DNA of 64,000 nucleotides from Rhizodiscina lignyota (Eukaryota): NCBI GenBank assembly GCA_010015805.1, contig ML978123.1, positions 310,001 to 374,000 of the forward strand, read 5' to 3'. Shown piece by piece: positions 57,150 to 64,000 of this stretch (position 1 is its first letter; each line of letters starts with the position of its first letter). The notes under the pieces were generated by a model. It saw only the letters and a program-made list of their open reading frames with translations, ran no database searches and was not told where the DNA came from. The position numbers and the translations under genes were made by a program.

Positions 57150-57860
57150 ATGGCTAAGGAAGGTTGGCTCGAGCTTTCTCTCCTGTCTCAAATACATAGT
57201 CGGGCTAATGAAGTCGCGACGCGACCATCCTAACTATGGACTAGTGGATCTCACTTCACCATTATTGAACTTCAAGCTGAGTTTACATAGTTTGCGCTAC
57301 GCGAGGGTCTTTACATGTCAGACTAATCATATAAGCCAAATGTTTTCGAGGCAGCATTCAACTTCGGCGACATTAAAGGCACCATGATCGTCAGTCGAAG
57401 TAAAGAAAACGCGGAGAAATTCAAGGAGAAATTGGAACTCCCCGAATACATACGTTCTACGGACGATGAAGAAAGCGAGGAAGAGGGCTCAGGAGAAGAA
57501 GAGGACTAGGAGGTTCGTGAAGAAGTCGATGACATGCGGCAAGAAGGAACGAGACCGGCCTCATCGTCATGCAGTCTATATAGTAAACGCAAGCGCCCGG
57601 AACCCAACGATGACGACAATCGTGCTATGAAAAGTCTTCTATTTCACATAGAGAGGCAGAGAGACCGAAGAAGGGCAAGTCCAGCTCGACTGCATTACCT
57701 CCAACACGGGCACCCTCATCATTGACCACGATCAGGCAACCCTGAAAGGCGGCATCGCCACGGAGCTTCTCGGGAATGTGATATTCGAGGGCGACAAGAT
57801 TGTTGACAAGGCGGAAAGTCCCACTGATGTGGGGAGATTTTCGTCAATTGATATACGAGG
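57150..57860 (+). pseudogene. Disrupted paralogue of the C-terminal domain of the 58643-61051 gene
   Basis: Hand translation gives PNVFEAAFNFGDIKGTMIVS (from 57336), a stop at 57507 and a frameshift, then FYFT*RGRETEEGQVQLD...NTGTLIIDHDQATLKGGI...VIFEGDKI. The intact gene reads PFGVQAAFNFEIIEGIMLLS...FNLRWRGRETGNGEIQMD...NNGHIDVDFRQATFKGVI...VPFKGYKV. Boundaries are approximate. Confidence 0.8.
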
Positions 57861-58642
57861 GTGGTATAGTCTGCGAGTATGGTGTATTTGTCGGTACGGT
57901 AGGGCCTAACTGGCGAGAGAATGCGAAGGGTGCACGAGGGTGACAAAACCGCTGGGCCGATTCACTGAACGGCTACGTAAGAACAAGGTTTGTTCTTCAG
58001 CATGACTGAGGGCATCTCTGAAAGCTCGACTAAATATACTAGAGCGCATTTATCGAAAACCCACAGCTTCAATATGCATAACCTATATTAACTAACGAGG
58101 ATATACATCCTGCGGCTCGATATACCACAACTGCACTAGTATTTAGAATAAACGCTTAGCACCTCAAATCCTCAATTGAGCTGCCTTTATTCCGTACTAC
58201 CCTTTCTAAGTGTAGGTGAGTGCTTACATCCCCTGTGCCGTGGCGCTCAGTGCTTCCTGAGCCAGAAGTTAGAGTACGGTGTTGCAGTCACGACTCAACT
58301 ATTTTGTCTCCCACTTGGGGTGCTAGGGACGAAGCTCAGTTCCAGGAATCCTTTGCACAGCCATATTTCCTACTATCATATAGCCAGTACTCTATTTCTC
58401 TACTACGAAATACATAATATTCCGTATCGTTCATTGCACGGCAAAGCATTAATCAAGGCCAAGCACGGACCATGATATTTAGGAGATAATTGGGTGGCTG
58501 GGGACCGGGTGGCTGGGATGGCTTAAGGGGCACAGAACCTCAAAACATATGCTCCGAAGATACCATTCAGCTGTGATCTCGTCAATTTAGCATCTTAGTA
58601 ACCAAAACTTCTAATTCCTGATATTTTTGAACTGCCTCGCTA

Positions 58643-61051
58643 ATGGCAATGGCTACCGAGCGTCCCAAAACTCCCGAACCGGTTGGCTTCAAGGGGTTCA
58701 CCTACGGTTTGGACGGCTTCAAGGCTTACAATGAGAATCGAGAATCGTTGGCAGAGTTCAAAGCGCTGCTCTTCCCAAAGCAACTGAAGACCGTTGAGAA
58801 AAGGAGAGATGCCGAAAGGCGTCGAAAAGAGAAGGTCAAAGCACCTTGGTTGCGTGCCCAGTTGAAGCATTACGGGATTGAGTATCAGTCGTCCGATAGT
58901 GTCACGACTTTAGAACAACTTTTGAAGGAAGGGATTTCTTCCTGCAAGGTGAGCGGTACTCGATACTGAAACTCATATTTTTGGTTGACGCCGGACAAGC
59001 GCAAGACAGTTCCCACCTCGATAGTGGCGATCGAAAACCGGCTCTCCGGACAATTCGAATATCTCCTTAAGGCTCATCACGATAAAGTCAATGCCTTGCA
59101 GATGGTCGAGGCAGATTGCCAAGATGCCCGAGATTCCGAATTTGATGCACTGGGCTCTCCAGAACTGGAGGCACAGTACGATATGGACCGTTTCATGCTG
59201 AAATATTTCGCTGATGCAACGACAAACTCCTCCAACAAGTGGAGGCCAGCCCCTCACAAAACCACGAAGCCTATGGTACTTTGTAAATTGAAGGAGGAAA
59301 CTTACCGCGCAATACACTCCGCGGTAGCACGTGTGGATGGCCTTCTGGCTTGTAACTGCGGCCGGGCCAGCATTGTTGTCGGCTGGAATGCATCACAAGT
59401 CGCCCGTCTGGCTGTTGAGCGCAATGCCTTGCTGCCGCCCTTAAAAATCGAGAAAAACACAGCAGGTGATGCTGAACATGAAGTCAAACGCGAAGCTCCT
59501 GAAGCTCCTGAAGCTACACGCTCGTTGATATCAGCAGCTGCTGAACACCCAAGACACCCTCTGCCACCCCGATCCAAGGGCTTTACCTATCACTGGGACG
59601 GCTTAAAGGCTTATCAACATAAACGAGAGTCGCTGGAAGATCTGCGAGAACAGCTCTTTCCACCAGAATTGAAACCAGGCCCAAGGAAGTATAACACTGA
59701 GAGGCGTCTGAAAGAGAAAGCCAAAGAAGAGAAAGCAAGAGCAACATGGGTTAAATCACAGTTGAGACACTACGCAATTGACTTTAAGCCGTCCGATGAT
59801 GCTTCTACTTTGGAACGAGTGTTGAAGGAGGCAGTCACAGCTGGCAGGGTATGTTGATCCGGTTATTGACACTTTATGACAATGCAGTGACTGACATTGT
59901 ATAAGTGCAATACCGTGCCAGACTCAGTCAGAGCCATTGAAGAGGACCTTTCCCGGAAGCATGAATCGCAGCTCAAAACTTACGAGGAGCAGTGCAACGC
60001 TTGGCGGAAGATTGAGGAAGACCGCAAGGATAGAGAATTCGCCGCTCTAGGTTCACCAAGGGCAGAAGCAAATTACTGCTTATACCGTTTCATCGCGAAA
60101 TACTTTGCCGATCCAGATCCGAGTCGTCGGGCTCTCTGGAGAGCAGCGCCTCAGAAGACCCCAGAGCCAATGGCATCCACTCTCTTCGACCACATACACT
60201 CGTTGGAGCTTATGTCAGAGGATGTACACGGCTTACAGCGTTGTTGGGGAGGCTCTGGACAATCAAAAACCCTAATACTTGGTTGGGACCGCTCGAAAGT
60301 CCAGCGCTTGGCTGGAGAGCTCGACGCTAAATTCGGCAAAGAGCTATCGGCTTGGGAGATAGCAGAAATTGAAATGAGTATGGACCGGCATACAGAGTAC
60401 CTTAAGAGCCGCAGGAGCCCAAAGGGTGCCCAAGATATTAGTGGTCTTACAGGATCTTGGATCATTCGATGCAAATACATCCAAGAGAATTGGAACTCGA
60501 ACTCTTACCCGATGAAGCTGACAATGGACATTATCCAGCAGGACAGCCCGTTTGGAGTCCAAGCAGCATTCAACTTTGAGATTATCGAGGGTATCATGCT
60601 TCTTTCTCCAACTCAGTCAGTGCTGGCGGATTTCATGAATAGTTTGGAGCATGATCCGGATGCGTCAGAAACGGACGACTCTGATTCTCCCTGGCGATCT
60701 CGATCGGATTCGAACAAGAAGCGGAAGTACGTTCAGCAGGGCCACATCCTGGATGACAAGAAGCAAAAGCTTGATACAACGGCGAATAGCTCCCGATTCA
60801 ATCTTCGGTGGAGGGGAAGAGAAACAGGCAACGGTGAAATCCAGATGGATACTGCCCCTAGCTACAACAATGGTCACATTGATGTGGACTTCAGGCAGGC
60901 CACATTCAAAGGCGTCATCAAGGCCGATATATTTGATACAGTCCCTTTCAAAGGGTACAAAGTATCCGATGCGCCGAAAAGTACTCCGCCGAAGTGGTGG
61001 GATCTAAGTGAAAAGCAGTGGAATTATGAATGTACCGCACGATGGCACTAA
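58643..61051 (+). CDS. Hypothetical protein with a duplicated N-terminal module and a WRGRETG-type C-terminal domain
   Basis: Three ORFs are joined in frame by phase-0 introns 58949-58999 and 59849-59905. The module GFTYxxDGxKAY...RESL...LFP...WxxxQLxHYxI occurs twice. Confidence 0.8.
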
Positions 61052-61327
61052 GGTCTCGTCATACTACACCGCATCCATTCTTAAATGTAAAGGCGGCTTT
61101 AGCTTTCCGAGAACCTTACCTCTGTAGCTTCTTCACAAGCCTTCAATTCTCAAAGGTACATTCACTCTGGCTCTATTTGGATATGTGATATTTGAGGGGT
61201 ATAAGGTTGCTAATAGAGATCTCTATGACTACCGGTTTGCAAATATCAGAATTTCATCGGTCAAATGGGCCACAACTGGCAAGATTGCGCATACAGCTCC
61301 ATGCCGAGTTTACATAACACTCTCTTG

Positions 61328-62110
61328 TCAGGCTTCAGGGAATTTTACACCCGTAGCCTCTTCGCAGGCTTTCAGGAATGTTTCCTGCCTCAATTGATCA
61401 CTCGCCTCCTCCCTTGGAGTCCTCATTTTGGCGTCGACCCAGTACTCGCCGGTATCATCCTCCTTCACGTTACCCTGCACTAGCGCCAGGTCAACATAAG
61501 TCTTCACACTCGACTCTGGGGAGCCATTTGCCATACGCCCACCCATTTTCGTTGACACCCAGCCCGGATCTAGTACGTTGCTCGCCACTCCCTTCCATTT
61601 CCGCGCTACTGTAAGTGCGAGTATGACGTCGTGGAGCTTGCTGTCGCAGTATGCGGTCGTGTCGCTCCATTTCTTCTCGCCACGCTCCTTCCATGCGATG
61701 TCCTTCAGCGTGCCATCACCGCTGTAGTGCATGCTGGATGACACGTAGACCAACCGCTTGGGGCGGTTCATCAGACACGTAAGAACATATGGTGCAAGTG
61801 TATTGACTGCGAATAGAGCTGGGAAGCCCTCTGGTGTCTTCTTGAAGCCGCCGTGGTACAGGCCAGCGTTGTGGATCACAACGTCAAAGGTACCGAGTTT
61901 GTTCGCCTCTGATGCTAGTCGCTTCGTATCTGCGATGCTTGATAGATCCCCAATGAGAGTCGATTCGGCTCCAGGACAAGCATTCTCAGCATCATTTGCT
62001 CTCGACTCGCTGCGTGCGTGTAGTACCACGGAGTGCCCCCTCTTTACGAGATCGCGTGCTACCACGGAGCCAATTCCGTCGGATGAACCTGTGATGAAGA
62101 TACGCGCCAT
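61328..62110 (-). CDS. Short-chain dehydrogenase/reductase
   Basis: MARIFITGSSDGIG (TGxxxGxG), VIHNAG, catalytic YCDSK and DPGWVSTKMGG. Intronless. Confidence 0.92.
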   Translation of the reverse strand: MARIFITGSSDGIGSVVARDLVKRGHSVVLHARSESRANDAENACPGAESTLIGDLSSIADTKRLASEANKLGTFDVVIHNAGLYHGGFKKTPEGFPALFAVNTLAPYVLTCLMNRPKRLVYVSSSMHYSGDGTLKDIAWKERGEKKWSDTTAYCDSKLHDVILALTVARKWKGVASNVLDPGWVSTKMGGRMANGSPESSVKTYVDLALVQGNVKEDDTGEYWVDAKMRTPREEASDQLRQETFLKACEEATGVKFPEA

Positions 62111-62491
62111 TGTAGGTGGATTTGAAACTGGAATGAGATAATAGACAGAGAATAGTAAAGTGAAAGCTGCTATAGCTACTTCAGCGGCTTTATAAATCAT
62201 ATCGCCCTGAGCATGTCGAGTTGGAGATGCATGACGTCGGCGGAATGCGCTTATCTCCGCGCTTAGTTAAAGGGCCTAATCAAATATGCGGAGACCTCCA
62301 TCTGTGGATGGAATCGGACACAATCAGAGAGCGAGCACTTTGAAGTATTTCTAAGGATCAGGAGGAGGTTTCCTGACCGTGTCGTGATTGGCGGTGCCTT
62401 GGTGCTAACTAGCAAAAACGAACGGGGAAAAAACTGTCAGCCACTCCGATTACATACTCCACAATACAATGGCTCAAGATGATCTCAGCTT

Positions 62492-63044
62492 TCACCTTTT
62501 CATTGCCCCGTTAAGGTACTCCTCCTTGTAACTTGCTCCCTCACCAAGCCGCTCGAAGTATTCAATCTCAACTGAAATAAGTGATCAGCTCTTTTTCTCC
62601 ATCTTCACGCTCCCGACCGATGACCAAGCACCCGTAATAATAGTATGTAATAACGGACGAAGATTATTGAGGTGCGGAATCAAAGCGCGGCTTTGACTAG
62701 GGATATTCTGAAAGCATACCTTCTTTAGTCCACGTTGATCTGCTCTTCTGCCAAAGAGTTGCATAGTATGGTTTCGTTAACTGATGCTGTACGTTCATTA
62801 GACTCGGAGGCTTGGGGATCAAACTGCAACAACTGTTCACCTGCTCAAACCATTCACGATCCTTGCTCCACACTTCGACGAGTCGGAATCGCCCCGACGA
62901 GGGATCTTCAAAAACGTCGAATAGCAAACATTCTGGTTCACAAGCGCAAGCTGCCCAGACGGGACGGTGAGCTTCTTTCCATTCCTCGATCTTAGCGGGA
63001 TCAATGTAAAATGTCACAAAAAGCGTAAGCTGTTTGCCAGACAT
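62492..63044 (-). CDS. ABM (antibiotic biosynthesis monooxygenase-like) dimeric alpha+beta barrel protein
   Basis: LFVTFYIDPAKIEEW...EPECLLFDVFEDP..GRFRLVEVW...QLTKPYY. Introns at about 62787-62840 and 62572-62719. Last exon VEIEYFERLGEGASYKEEYLNGAMKR. Confidence 0.78.
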
Positions 63045-63310
63045 GGTGATGAATGAAAAAAGGAGTGAGGAAAGAACTTCTAACTCTCGAGTGGAGAGTT
63101 CAGATAAATTAGGCTCGACGAACGGAGATATTTAGAGAACCGACGATAGCGCCGAGCAAATCGGCCGAATTCGTGAACATCGAAATCTTCCAAGAGACCA
63201 TGTCAGGAAACTTATGCCCGTATACCTTACTGATCCCCGCTACCTTTGTTGATCCTCACGCTACAGTAGAATCAAAGGTCGAAAATTTTCATTTTCGTGC
63301 ATATCTAGGC

Positions 63311-64000
63311 TCACGCGAGTAATTCTCTCCATACCATCTCTTGGTTGATAAAGTCGATCTGCTCCTTCCGGTACGTGTCGCTCTCCACATAGGTCTTGTT
63401 TGCATTCAACACGATCTCCTCCGGTTTGCCCAGGTCATATAACGGCCAGTAAGGCAACTGCGCAACTCCGCTGCTTCCACTCCCGTAACCGCTTCCGGAA
63501 GAACCGCCATTAGGATTCTGACTGTAAGCGAAATTTATATAAGCCCTTCCGATCCCTTGGCTCAGCTCTCTGTAATTTTCATACTGTGGCAGCGGGCCCA
63601 GCGTGCCGGACACATTTTGGAAGCTGAACGCCACGTTCGTCCCATGTGCGGCGCCAGTGCTGTTGCTCACATTGAATGGCGTAGTGTCAAAGCGGTAGCT
63701 GTAGATGTCAACGCCATAGCTTGTGTATGCTTCACACATCTTGCGCCGTTGGCCGATCATGACCATGTCACCACCCATCCAAGCAGTGCGGCGCCATTCT
63801 AGACCAAGCTGTGGGAACACGACGTCAGGCGGAACATGATACGGCGGCTTGGGCGATGTGTTGTCGTTAGGATACAGCTCCATCAGTTTGCGTATGGTCG
63901 GAGGAGATAGACCGTATCCACGCCACGTCAACAAATTTTGGAAAAGCGATGTATCATTGTCAACAGAGGGAATGCTGAAGCTGGTCCCTTCATCACTGTT
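63311..64000 (-). CDS. Type-B carboxylesterase/lipase, C-terminal part (5' end outside the window)
   Basis: NSDEGTSF at the window edge, GDMVMIGQRR, YSYRFDT, catalytic His in GAAHGTNVAFSF, WPLYD and DTYRKEQIDFIN. Confidence 0.85.
   Translation of the reverse strand, partial: NSDEGTSFSIPSVDNDTSLFQNLLTWRGYGLSPPTIRKLMELYPNDNTSPKPPYHVPPDVVFPQLGLEWRRTAWMGGDMVMIGQRRKMCEAYTSYGVDIYSYRFDTTPFNVSNSTGAAHGTNVAFSFQNVSGTLGPLPQYENYRELSQGIGRAYINFAYSQNPNGGSSGSGYGSGSSGVAQLPYWPLYDLGKPEEIVLNANKTYVESDTYRKEQIDFINQEMVWRELLA

Overview
Gene-dense, intron-containing DNA from a filamentous ascomycete (Pezizomycotina, probably a Dothideomycete; inferred from gene structure and EF-1alpha sequence). Most genes are conserved housekeeping genes: SNF2/RING helicase (partial), KRI1, SIP3/LAM-type lipid-transfer protein, glutaminase GtaA, TEF1, SLS1-like, NT-C2 protein, TAD1, BOR1, TatD/Scn1, EF-2, PheRS-beta and PP2A scaffold subunit. 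There are also two carboxylesterases, an NmrA/isoflavone-reductase-like protein, an SDR and an ABM-type protein. The highlight is a compact putative fungal RiPP (dikaritin-type) cluster at about 26.4-32.3 kb. It encodes a secreted Kex2-processed repeat precursor with 8 copies of NVDSTSQAEWDGGGDFAPD-[KR]R. Beside it are three UstYa/DUF3328 oxidase genes, each with both HxxHC motifs intact after manual splicing, and the four genes form two divergent pairs. The repeat has Trp and Phe but no Tyr or Cys, and matches no dikaritin core I recognise. Other observations: a Pol III/tRNA-like element and a degenerate tandem duplication at the left border of the cluster, an orphan protein with an OTU/papain-like Cys...His motif, a gene with an internal duplication that includes its intron, and a pseudogenised paralogue of that gene's C-terminal domain. 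All exon boundaries were read by eye and no database searches were run.
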